Origin: an uncultured Clostridia bacterium
GTDB taxonomy: Bacteria > Bacillota > Clostridia > Oscillospirales > CAG-272
Reading direction: 5' to 3'
DNA: 64,000 bases
Assembly (NCBI GenBank): GCA_947631765.1
Contig: CANRMP010000012.1
Coordinates: forward strand, 248-64,247
Shown here: piece after piece, positions 54,520-63,271 of the stretch
How positions within the stretch are numbered: the first letter of the stretch is position 1
Layout of the letters: every line of letters begins with the position of its first letter
Notes under the pieces: generated by a model
Told to the model about the DNA's origin: nothing
Seen by the model: the letters and a program-made list of their open reading frames with translations, nothing else
Databases searched by the model: none
Made by a program: the position numbers and the translations under genes

Positions 54520-54747
54520 ATGCCGCAAATTAAATACGAGATAGTAAAAGAGCTTGGAAAGCTTTCCACAATGGACAGCGGTTGGTCAAAGGAAATAAAT
54601 CTTGTAAGCTGGAATGACAGAGAGCCGGTTTACGACATTCGGACATGGAATAAAGAGCACGACAAGATGGGAAAGGGCGTAACTCTTTCTCTTTCGGAAA
54701 CCAAAAAACTGCTTGAAGTGCTAAATAATATTAAACTTGATAGCTGA
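54520..54747 (+). CDS. YdbC-like PC4-fold ssDNA-binding protein
   Basis: 75 aa. IKYEIVKELGKLS...GWSKEINLVSWNDREPVYDIRTWNKEHDKMGKGVTLS matches the bacterial PC4/YdbC family as I recall it. Confidence 0.75.
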   Translation: MPQIKYEIVKELGKLSTMDSGWSKEINLVSWNDREPVYDIRTWNKEHDKMGKGVTLSLSETKKLLEVLNNIKLDS

Positions 54748-54791
54748 AAGGAGCCGCCGCGGATTTTTGGCGGCGCCAAATAACAAAGAAA

Positions 54792-56444
54792 ATGAATAAC
54801 AAGCTTATAAAGGGTATCTCTCTTTTTTTGGTGATACTTTGCGTTATTTGTCCTCTTGCCTCCTGCTCAAAGGACAATGACTCGAATTCTCCCTTCAAGG
54901 AGAGCTATGATAAAAGCGTTGTGGGAACAAATTATCTCACAAGCGCCAAGGCGAAAGAATCCTTGCTGTATTATTACAACAAGCTGTACAAGAACGGACC
55001 GTACGTCGGCGACCCGTTTCTTTACTATGAGGACGGCACCTTTTACCTTTACGGAACTACAAGACTTTACGTAAAGCCCGGCTCGACAGTCGAGGCGTTT
55101 GAGGTCTACACCTCAAACGACCTTGTAAGCTGGGAGGATGGCGGCGAGTGCTTCACTCCCGCCCGCACAGACTGGTGCACCAGCCGACTTTGGGCTCCCG
55201 AGGTTTACAAGATAGGCGATAAGTACTATATGTACTACACTGCGGCAAACGGCGCAAACGGCGTGCTACACGGCAGTGTTGCGGTTGCCGACAGCCCCTT
55301 GGGACCGTTTACAAACAAAGTTGCCGACGGGGTGAACGGGAGAAAGCCGCTCTTTGATTTCGGAAATGACTTCCCTTCAATTGACGGCACGCTTTTCACC
55401 GACGACGACGGAAAAATGTATTACTTTTTTGTCAGAGACCAGATAGGCGACAACAGCTCCTCGGGCGGAAACAATTCCACCGCAAGAAGCACGCTTTGGG
55501 GCGTGGAGCTTGAAAATCCCTATACTATTAAGGAAGGCGCGACCCCTGTAAAGCTTACCGAGGTGGGCAGGTCGACAGTTGACGAGACGGGAAAATACAC
55601 TCAGGAATGGGAAAGACAGCAGGGACAGTGGAATGAAGGTCCCTTTGTAATAAAGCATGACGGCACATATTATCTTACCTACAGCGCAAATTATTTCGGC
55701 TCGAAATATTACGCGGTAGGTTACGCCACCTCAAGTTCGCCGCTCGGCACTTACACCAAGGGCGACAATCTCCCCATTATGGGTATAAACCCCGAAGAGG
55801 ACAGCAACTGGACGTATTTTAACGGCACGGGACACGCAATGTTTCTTAGCATTGAGGATGAGATGTATATGGTATATCACACCCTGCTTCCCGAGAAAAA
55901 CAATTTCAGACATTTCACCATTGATTCGGTGGGCTTTCGCGACAACGGCGAGCTTTACATTAACGGACCGACCGTCACATCGCAGAATTTGCCCTTTGCT
56001 GTAAGCGGAGTGATGAATATCGCGGACAAAGCCGAGCTAAAGACAAATAATATCACCTCGGGTGAAGAATATCTGACCGACGGGCAGATAAACGCAAGCG
56101 TGGTTTACAAGGAGCTTGAAGCGGTAAGCGGCGGCGGCCTTTCCACTCTTACATTTACTTTTGAAAACCCTTGGGACATTATCGGAGTGATGGTTTATAA
56201 CAGCTCGTCATACGACACCTCCTTTACCTCGGTAAAGAATATCAAAATCGGCGAGTATTACAGCTTTGACGATGTTAAGGTCATGACAGATTCATATGAG
56301 GAAAGAAGCAAGCAGGTATATTCGGGAAGCGCGGCAATACTTGAGCTGAATAAGGCGGTAAAGGTTTATTCGGTCACCATTACCTTTGAGAGCGACTCGC
56401 CCATTCAGATAAGCGAAATTAAAATTCTCGCAAAGAAGCCGTAA
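54792..56444 (+). CDS. GH43 lipoprotein with a C-terminal carbohydrate-binding (discoidin-like) module
   Basis: 550 aa. Lipobox LASC. DPFLYYEDGTFYLYGT, LWAPEVYKIGDKYYMYYTA, NEGPFVIKHDGTYYLTYS, and a ~150-aa beta-sandwich tail. Confidence 0.85.
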   Translation: MNNKLIKGISLFLVILCVICPLASCSKDNDSNSPFKESYDKSVVGTNYLTSAKAKESLLYYYNKLYKNGPYVGDPFLYYEDGTFYLYGTTRLYVKPGSTVEAFEVYTSNDLVSWEDGGECFTPARTDWCTSRLWAPEVYKIGDKYYMYYTAANGANGVLHGSVAVADSPLGPFTNKVADGVNGRKPLFDFGNDFPSIDGTLFTDDDGKMYYFFVRDQIGDNSSSGGNNSTARSTLWGVELENPYTIKEGATPVKLTEVGRSTVDETGKYTQEWERQQGQWNEGPFVIKHDGTYYLTYSANYFGSKYYAVGYATSSSPLGTYTKGDNLPIMGINPEEDSNWTYFNGTGHAMFLSIEDEMYMVYHTLLPEKNNFRHFTIDSVGFRDNGELYINGPTVTSQNLPFAVSGVMNIADKAELKTNNITSGEEYLTDGQINASVVYKELEAVSGGGLSTLTFTFENPWDIIGVMVYNSSSYDTSFTSVKNIKIGEYYSFDDVKVMTDSYEERSKQVYSGSAAILELNKAVKVYSVTITFESDSPIQISEIKILAKKP

Positions 56445-56663
56445 AAATCGGTTAAACTCTAATTTTGGCAATAATTTTCGATATTATATTATCATAAAGA
56501 CAAAAAGTCTTGAAAAACTAAATATGAAGCGTTTGCCTGCGGCAGTCTTCTGTCGCAGGCATTTGCTTTACCGATATATGCAATAAAAAAGCGCCCGTAA
56601 CCGAAAAAGCTTTTAGGCAAAGCGGGCGAAAACTCAAAGAGTGAACGGAGATTTAAAATAAAG

Positions 56664-57524
56664 ATGAAAAAAATATCTGTTTTGCTTCTCCTTGCCATGT
56701 TATTTTCAGTTACCCTTGTAAGCTGCAAAACGGGGGAGGAAAAAAACGAAAAGAGCAGGACTGCGGGAGAGAGCGTTACAACCACAACCTCCGACGACAG
56801 CAATATTGATACTCCCCCGGAAGACGGGAATAAAACAAAATTCAAGGTTGACGGCGACCTTTCGGATTGGAAGGATATAAAATCCATAAGCCTTGTGGGA
56901 AACACAGAGCAGACCAAGGAAAAATCGGTGACCTTTTATGCCTCCACATCGCCCGAAGGGCTTTATATTGCCTGCGAGGTTAAGCACGACGTGTACAGCT
57001 TCGGAAAGAACGCTTGGTGGGAAAACTCAAACCTTGAATTTTTTATAAACAGCGGCAGAGACAATCAATACTACGTCTACGCCGCGGGCATGGAGAGCGA
57101 ATGTAAATTCAGCTCGAATGTTGACAGCGCGAAAATGGTAACCAAAAAGCTAAGCGACCAAGGGACAGAGTATCATACAACGGTCGAGGCGTTTGTGTCG
57201 CTTGATAATATTCCCGGAAAGAGCATTCCCGACGGCGTTTTGAATGTGGGAGTGGCTTGGAAAACGGTAGGCGATAAGATAGCCGGCGGTGAAGCCAACA
57301 AAGGGGACGAGGATGAATACTGGGTCCCTGCCGGCTCATGGCCCGACAATGACGACCAAGCGATTGTCAAAGAAGACGGAATCTATCTTAAAGCCGAGAT
57401 AAACGCAAATGACGCCGGAAACGGCGACCGAAGCGACAACAATTCGGGCTCGGATAACGGCGACTCAAAAAGCGGGGACACAAGGTCAAAGCTTACCGGC
57501 ATTGAGAATCTGAAAAACAAGTGA
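56664..57524 (+). CDS. lipoprotein with a CBM9-like / DOMON-like sugar-binding domain
   Basis: 286 aa. Lipobox LVSC. VDGDLSDWKDI...LYIACEVKHD...WWENSNLEFFI. Paralogous to the N-domain of the 57627..59945 product. Confidence 0.7.
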   Translation: MKKISVLLLLAMLFSVTLVSCKTGEEKNEKSRTAGESVTTTTSDDSNIDTPPEDGNKTKFKVDGDLSDWKDIKSISLVGNTEQTKEKSVTFYASTSPEGLYIACEVKHDVYSFGKNAWWENSNLEFFINSGRDNQYYVYAAGMESECKFSSNVDSAKMVTKKLSDQGTEYHTTVEAFVSLDNIPGKSIPDGVLNVGVAWKTVGDKIAGGEANKGDEDEYWVPAGSWPDNDDQAIVKEDGIYLKAEINANDAGNGDRSDNNSGSDNGDSKSGDTRSKLTGIENLKNK

Positions 57525-57544
57525 ATATCGATTTGCGGCAACAG

Positions 57545-57580
57545 CTTAAAACCGGACGGCAAAAGCCGCCCGGTTTTAAG
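57545..57580. terminator. bidirectional terminator between convergent genes
   Basis: CTTAAAACCGGACGGC-AAAA-GCCGCCCGGTTTTAAG. Confidence 0.75.
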
Positions 57581-57626
57581 TATTAAGTATTAAAATGTAA
57601 ATATAAAGCCTTGGTTAAAGCTTATT

Positions 57627-59945
57627 TTATTTTACAAGGCTTCTCTTCTTTGTAACCACAACAGCAGCAAGAGCAAGAAGAGATATGCTTGCGATAAACG
57701 CAACTGCAAGTGCAATGTCGCCTGTCGGAGCAACCGATTCAACATTTGTAACATTAACCGTAACGTCAACGTTGCCCGCATAGGTCTCAACGCTTACTTT
57801 GTACTCGCCTGTCTTAAGAGTCTTCATATAAGAAGCTTTGAGCACAATGTTAATACCCGTTTCGGTTGCCTCAATTGTATAGTTGGAAGCTTTAATTGCC
57901 TTGCCGCCAACCTTAACTGCAGTTACCACGCTGGCGTTGTTGACGTCCTTAATGCCTATTGCAAGGGTTGTGTCTTTCGAATTATCCCATGCCTTTGTAG
58001 CCTCGGCAGCGGAAGCTGTCTTGACTGTTGCGCTTGTATCAACGTCTGTTTTGTTCGCTTTGTCGCCGACAATGGATTCAACCTCTTCTTTACCGACAGC
58101 GGCACCTGTTGTTTTACCCTGAAGAGTTACGTCGTTTACAACATAATTGCCAAGGCTTGCCTTGTTGCCGCCTTCCTCTTTACCGACAATACCGCCTGCA
58201 ACGCCGTCTGTTCCGACAGCAACAACAGTAGTGTTCTTAACTGTGTTATCCTCAAGCTTTATTATATCAACATCGTTGACCTTGTCGGAGGCATAAGCTG
58301 CACCGCCTACTACTCCGCCGGCAAAAGTGTTGCCTATAACGGTTACATTATCAACCGTGCAATTGTAAGCTCTTCCGCGATCTACATAGCCTACTATACC
58401 GCCGACGCAGCCGGAGGTGGACTTAGCGATTATTACGCAGTCTTTTAGGATAAGATCCTTAGCCGTTCCTTTTTCGTTGTTATCGTTTCCGAACTTGTTG
58501 GCAATTAGACCGAAGTTTCCGGAGGTAGCGTCAGTTACATAAGTAATGCCGCTTATAGTTTTGTTATTTCCGTTAATTGTTCCTGTATAATTGACAGTAA
58601 TAGGAGTCCAATCGCCTGTTACTTTGATATCTTTTGTAATTGTAAGAGTTGTAAGTCTTGTGGTTCGTACTCCCATGTTTACAGCTGCAATGTAATCCTT
58701 GAGTTCCTGCTCTGTGCCGACGTATGCGTGTACAGGGAACAGAGGATCTGTAAGTGCGTTCGGATCCTCGGTCTTCAGACTCATATCGAATTCATATCCG
58801 CCGGTATGCTGATGCAGGCTTGCCGCAATTACATTCTTTCCGGATTTCAGAACGTCTTCGGCTTTTTCGGCAAGCTTGTATATAGTATAGCCGTCATTCC
58901 AGCCGGTATTTGAGAATACAAGAGTTCCGTTGATGTAAAGCTTGATATCATCATCGAAGTACATGTTTGTCAAAAGGGTTTTGCCCTTCAAAGAGTTGAT
59001 ATCGTCTATTGTAAATTCTTTAGCGACCCAAAGGTAAGCCTTGTCTTGCGTTCCGTCGCCTTTATCAGCGGTTGTGCCCCAATTATTGGTTGCACCGTCG
59101 GCTCTGTTACCGAAAGGAGCGTTGCCCTTCTTCATTGTAGACGCAATGGAGTTCGGGAAGCCTTCGGGAGCTGCGGGAGCTGCGTTTGCCGTGGCGGTCG
59201 TGTATGACCACTCGCTCTTTATCGAGAAAATCTCGGAAGCCTTGCCTACCTCTTGACGGTAGGTTTCGGGAAGGTAAATACCCTCGGCGGTTACAATGCA
59301 CTGATTTGCAAAGTGATCGTTGTTGCCGTTGCTCGTTCTTGTTCCGACGGGGGTCCACCACTCTTTGTCGCCGTTTGCGTCGCCGTTACCGCAGTCGCCG
59401 TTGCTCAGGTAATCGCCGGGAGTCTTCCAAGCCACGCCTACTCTTGCGTTGTCGGTCTCAACCTCGGCGGGAAGAGCGGCTCTCGGAATAAACATCTCGG
59501 CAGTTGAGTGATACTTAGCTGCACCCTTGCCTGTTACGTCGGTTGTTACCATTGCGGCTTCCAAAACGTCGCCCTGTTTAGTGGGGCTGGGATGTTCGGC
59601 GGTAATGCCTTTTGCAGAAATATAGAACTGCTTGTTGGCGTTAACACCTACAAATATCTCGAAGTTGGTGTTTTTCCACCAATCTCCTTCGGTAGTTTTG
59701 TAGAGCGCATGATAAGCGTCGCAGGCAAGATAAAGTCCCTCTGCGGTAATAACCGCATAGAACGTTGCAGCCTTGCCGTCGTTGTCGCCCGTGCCTTTTA
59801 CTTGAATAGTTTTCACATTTGCCCAGTCGTTAAGGCTTCCGTCAACCGTAATTGTAGGCGCTGCCGCAACCGAAGCAATGCCGAAAATCGGAATCATGGA
59901 AACAACCATAGCGACTATGAGAAGTCCTGTAATAATTCTTTTCAT
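57627..59945 (-). CDS. large surface protein: signal peptide, CBM9-like domain, beta-sandwich, GLUG-type Gly-rich repeats, Ig-like tail and C-terminal TM anchor
   Basis: 772 aa. VDGSLNDWANV...LYLACDAYH...WWKNTNFEIFV. Repeats GGIVGYVD / AGGVVGGAAY / AGGIVGKEEG. C-terminal ALAVAFIASISLLALAAVVVTKKR. Confidence 0.7.
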   Translation of the reverse strand: MKRIITGLLIVAMVVSMIPIFGIASVAAAPTITVDGSLNDWANVKTIQVKGTGDNDGKAATFYAVITAEGLYLACDAYHALYKTTEGDWWKNTNFEIFVGVNANKQFYISAKGITAEHPSPTKQGDVLEAAMVTTDVTGKGAAKYHSTAEMFIPRAALPAEVETDNARVGVAWKTPGDYLSNGDCGNGDANGDKEWWTPVGTRTSNGNNDHFANQCIVTAEGIYLPETYRQEVGKASEIFSIKSEWSYTTATANAAPAAPEGFPNSIASTMKKGNAPFGNRADGATNNWGTTADKGDGTQDKAYLWVAKEFTIDDINSLKGKTLLTNMYFDDDIKLYINGTLVFSNTGWNDGYTIYKLAEKAEDVLKSGKNVIAASLHQHTGGYEFDMSLKTEDPNALTDPLFPVHAYVGTEQELKDYIAAVNMGVRTTRLTTLTITKDIKVTGDWTPITVNYTGTINGNNKTISGITYVTDATSGNFGLIANKFGNDNNEKGTAKDLILKDCVIIAKSTSGCVGGIVGYVDRGRAYNCTVDNVTVIGNTFAGGVVGGAAYASDKVNDVDIIKLEDNTVKNTTVVAVGTDGVAGGIVGKEEGGNKASLGNYVVNDVTLQGKTTGAAVGKEEVESIVGDKANKTDVDTSATVKTASAAEATKAWDNSKDTTLAIGIKDVNNASVVTAVKVGGKAIKASNYTIEATETGINIVLKASYMKTLKTGEYKVSVETYAGNVDVTVNVTNVESVAPTGDIALAVAFIASISLLALAAVVVTKKRSLVK

Positions 59946-60256
59946 CGTTTCTCCTCCTTATGGATGTTAATTAATTATGGTAATATCATTTTAACACTTT
60001 TTAAAGCTTCTGTCAATATGTTTTGAACGTTTAAATTATTTTGTGAAAAGTAGCCAATTTTTCATTCAAAATTTGTACATATTGTTCAACCTTATTGTCG
60101 CTTTATACATTTTTCCGTCCCGAATTTTGTGCAAAATATCGAAAAACATTACTTCAATATTATTTTTCACGGTTGATTTTGCACGGCGTTTTATAAAAAA
60201 TCTTATAAAACGCTCCTTTCTCTTTATTTTTTCCCATGTTTTTCTCAATATTTCTC

Positions 60257-60285
60257 TTGCAAAAAGGAGCCGTCTATGCTAAAAT
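60257..60285 (+). promoter_or_regulatory. sigma-A-type promoter of the GH4 gene
   Basis: TTGCAA (60257..60262), 17 nt, TAAAAT (60280..60285). Confidence 0.55.
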
Positions 60286-60324
60286 GAGCTTGTGGCAAAA
60301 TGCTGCGGAAAGGCGGATATCAAT

Positions 60325-61647
60325 ATGATAAAAATTACCTTTATGGGTGCTGGAAGCACTGTTTTTGCAAAAAATGTACTTGGCGACACCATGCTCACCC
60401 CCACGCTTCACGACGTCGAAATTGCCCTTTACGACATTGACGGCGAGCGGCTTGAGGAGTCATACGCGCTTATCACCGCGCTGAATAAAAACATCAACGA
60501 AAACCGCGCAACGGTCAAGAAATACCTCGGTATTCCAAACAGAAAAGCCGCACTTGAAGGCGCGCGCTTTGTGGTAAACGCCATTCAGGTCGGCGGATAC
60601 GAGCCCTGCACCGTGATTGACTTTGAGGTGCCAAAGCAGTTCGGTCTTCGCCAGACTATAGGCGACACTCTCGGTATAGGCGGAATTTTCAGAGGGCTTC
60701 GCACAATTGCGGTACTTCGTGACTTTGCCGCAGACATGGAGGAGGTCTGCCCCGACGCCCTATTTTTAAATTACACAAACCCTATGGCAATCCTTTCGGG
60801 CTATATGCAGCGCTACACCAAAATTAAAACGGTCGGTCTTTGCCACTCGGTTCAGGGCTGTTCGTATTGGCTTTTAAAATCTCTCGGAATGGATGAGTAT
60901 ATCGAGGGCAGAAAGGAGCTGATTGCCGGCATAAACCACATGGCGTGGCTGCTTGAGATATACGACAGGGAGGGCAACGACCTTTATCCCGAAATCAAAA
61001 GAAGAGCAAAGGAAAAGAACCAAAACGAAAAACATAGCGATATGGTGCGCTTTGACTATATAGATAAGCTCGGCTATTATTGCACCGAATCGAGCGAGCA
61101 CAACGCCGAGTACAACTGCTTTTACATAAAGCCCGACCGCCCCGACCTAATCGACAAATTCAACATCCCGCTTGACGAGTACCCGAGGCGCTGTGTGAAT
61201 CAAATTGCCGGCTGGAAAAAGCAAAAAGAGGAGATAATGGCTAACGGAAAAGCCACGCACACCCGCACAGGAGAATATGCATCCTATATTATGGAGGCTG
61301 TCGTCACCGGCAAGCCTTATAAAATAGGCGGAAATGTGCTCAATAACGGCTGTATCGAAAACCTTCCGCCCGAAGCCTGCGTTGAGGTTCCCTGCCTTGT
61401 CGACAACTACGGAATATCTCCCACAAGAGTGGGACGTCTTCCCCTCCAGCTTGCCGCAATGAATATGACAAACATTAACTGCCAGCTGCTCACCATACAG
61501 GCGGCAGTGACCGGAAAAATGGAGCACGTTTATCAGGCGGCAATGCTCGACCCGCACACAGGCGCACAGCTCTACCCCGACGATATCGTAAAGCTCTGCG
61601 ACGCACTGCGCAAGGCGCACGAGGACGCCGGTTATCCGATATTTTAA
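60325..61647 (+). CDS. GH4 family NAD/Mn-dependent alpha-galactosidase/alpha-glucosidase
   Basis: Start moved from GTG 60292 to ATG 60325 (MIKITFMGAGSTVFAKNVLGD is the GH4 Rossmann N-terminus). NYTNPM, GLCHSVQG, INHMAW. Confidence 0.88.
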   Translation: MIKITFMGAGSTVFAKNVLGDTMLTPTLHDVEIALYDIDGERLEESYALITALNKNINENRATVKKYLGIPNRKAALEGARFVVNAIQVGGYEPCTVIDFEVPKQFGLRQTIGDTLGIGGIFRGLRTIAVLRDFAADMEEVCPDALFLNYTNPMAILSGYMQRYTKIKTVGLCHSVQGCSYWLLKSLGMDEYIEGRKELIAGINHMAWLLEIYDREGNDLYPEIKRRAKEKNQNEKHSDMVRFDYIDKLGYYCTESSEHNAEYNCFYIKPDRPDLIDKFNIPLDEYPRRCVNQIAGWKKQKEEIMANGKATHTRTGEYASYIMEAVVTGKPYKIGGNVLNNGCIENLPPEACVEVPCLVDNYGISPTRVGRLPLQLAAMNMTNINCQLLTIQAAVTGKMEHVYQAAMLDPHTGAQLYPDDIVKLCDALRKAHEDAGYPIF

Positions 61648-61661
61648 ATTTTAATAAACCG

Positions 61662-61690
61662 CCTCCCTCGTATGAGGGAGGTTATCTTTC
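61662..61690 (+). terminator. terminator after the GH4 gene
   Basis: CCTCCCTC-GTAT-GAGGGAGG followed by TTATCTTTC. Confidence 0.65.
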
Positions 61691-61710
61691 TAAATTTTAA
61701 AAATTTTTCA

Positions 61711-61753
61711 AAGAATATTTTAACGGCGCGCGGCAAAAATTTGCCGCGCGCCG
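61711..61753 (-). terminator. terminator after the sortase-substrate gene
   Basis: GGCGCGCGGCA...TGCCGCGCGCC GC-rich hairpin (61725..61752). On the minus strand it is followed by a T-rich tract. Confidence 0.65.
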
Positions 61754-61822
61754 CCGTTTATTTTGTCATGCCTTTTTTATTTAAAGGCTGACGGGAGGCT
61801 GATTTAGGGGTAAGCTGTACGC

Positions 61823-63250
61823 CTATTTTCTTCTCTTGGCGCCCTTGACCATAACTAATGTGATAGCAGCCGCAGCCAGAGCTGTGATTAAGAAAATAAT
61901 TGCCATTGTATCGCCTGTTTTGGGAGAGCCCTCGGCAACCGGTATAACCTCGGTCTCTTCGTATCCGCAAGCTGTGCAGGAGCGCTTCTTGCTTCCTGTT
62001 TCGGTTTGGGTTGCGTTCTTAACAATCTCCCAGTCGCCGAAGGTGTGCTCCTCGGTCTTCTTTTCGCCGCACTCGCAGCTTGCGGAGTGGGTCGTTTCGC
62101 CGTCCGACTTCCAGTCACCGAACTTGTGCTCGGAGGTCTTTTCAATGGCTTCGGTCTTCTTTGCGCCGCAGTCATTGCAGGTGTAGGTCTTAACTCCGGC
62201 AGTAGTATGTGTGGCGGGAGTAGTAACCTCGCCGTTATTCCATGCGTGAGGCTTTGTCTCCTTGTCGCCGCACTCGCATGTGCGGGAGTGGGTATTTTCG
62301 TCGTCGGACTTCCATTGTCCGTAGCTGTGGTCGGTGATTTTATCAATTGTTTCAGACTTCTTGGCGCCGCAGGTCGTACACTCGTAATTTATAACGCCGT
62401 TTTCGGTGTGTGTTGCGGGTGTTGAGTCTGTCTGCTTCCAGTCGTGAGGCTTGGTTATTGTATCGTCCTCTCTCACGCATTTCTGAGAGTGATGCTCGCC
62501 GTCGCCGTCGTCTGTCCATGCGCCGTAATCATGTCCGAGAGCGGGCTCGGTTTTCGACTCTTTGATAATCTTTCCGCAGACCGTGCAGTATACAAGCTCA
62601 CTCTTGCCCGCGTCGCTGCAAGTTGCGGGAACTGCGGGAACAGTTTTCTCGGTATGCTTATGGTTTGCGCCGATGACGTTAAGAATTGCGCTTGCGGGGG
62701 TTACCGTATGTTTGAAATCATTCGAGGGAACCATAATAGTATTCGTTCGAACCTGTAAGTTTACCTCGGTAGATCCGTCAAAATCATTAGCAACCTTGAA
62801 TGTAAGAGTCACGATAAGACCAGCTTCTGTATATACCGTGGGATTGGGATTTTGCAAAGCTCCCAGCGCGTCGCCCGCGGTAAGCGTAACCTTGTTCTTA
62901 CCTGCGTTTACCATTATAACATCTCCGAAGACGTTGCCCTTAATATCAGATGATACGAAGGTCAAAACGTCGGAATCATACGTAACGGGGAAAGAGGCGG
63001 AGAGCATACCCGATTCGGGAATTTTGTCAATCGATACCGCCAGTTTGATTTCCTTGCCGGGGTCGACGGCGTAAATATCGCCGTCGGGACCCGCAGGCTC
63101 GGGATCGACAAGAGTTATGCCGAATACAAAATCGGTGGGCTCGGCTTCGTCTTCCACGGTAGCGTTAGCGCTGAACACGGGGAAAAGGGCGCCAATGCAG
63201 ATGGCAACCTGCAATAAAAGTATTATCGGCAGTAATTTTTTTCTTTTCAT
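61823..63250 (-). CDS. cell-wall-anchored protein: signal peptide, cohesin-like domain, His/Cys-rich repeats, SPKTG sorting signal
   Basis: 475 aa. SFPVTYDSDVLTFVS cohesin-type strand. Three and a half ~66-aa repeats rich in H/C/W. C-terminal SPKTG (61913..61927) + hydrophobic segment + KRRK. Confidence 0.8.
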   Translation of the reverse strand: MKRKKLLPIILLLQVAICIGALFPVFSANATVEDEAEPTDFVFGITLVDPEPAGPDGDIYAVDPGKEIKLAVSIDKIPESGMLSASFPVTYDSDVLTFVSSDIKGNVFGDVIMVNAGKNKVTLTAGDALGALQNPNPTVYTEAGLIVTLTFKVANDFDGSTEVNLQVRTNTIMVPSNDFKHTVTPASAILNVIGANHKHTEKTVPAVPATCSDAGKSELVYCTVCGKIIKESKTEPALGHDYGAWTDDGDGEHHSQKCVREDDTITKPHDWKQTDSTPATHTENGVINYECTTCGAKKSETIDKITDHSYGQWKSDDENTHSRTCECGDKETKPHAWNNGEVTTPATHTTAGVKTYTCNDCGAKKTEAIEKTSEHKFGDWKSDGETTHSASCECGEKKTEEHTFGDWEIVKNATQTETGSKKRSCTACGYEETEVIPVAEGSPKTGDTMAIIFLITALAAAAITLVMVKGAKRRK

Positions 63251-63271
63251 CTGTTTTCTCCCTTCGGTTTT

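Noticed and set aside
59946-60324. Searched the divergent GH4 / surface-protein intergenic region for a CcpA cre site or a riboswitch; also considered ORFs 60043..60282 and 60066..60248.
   Set aside because: No sequence fits the cre consensus (TGWAANCGNTNWCA) when the central CG is aligned. The ORFs are AT-rich and low-complexity with no RBS.
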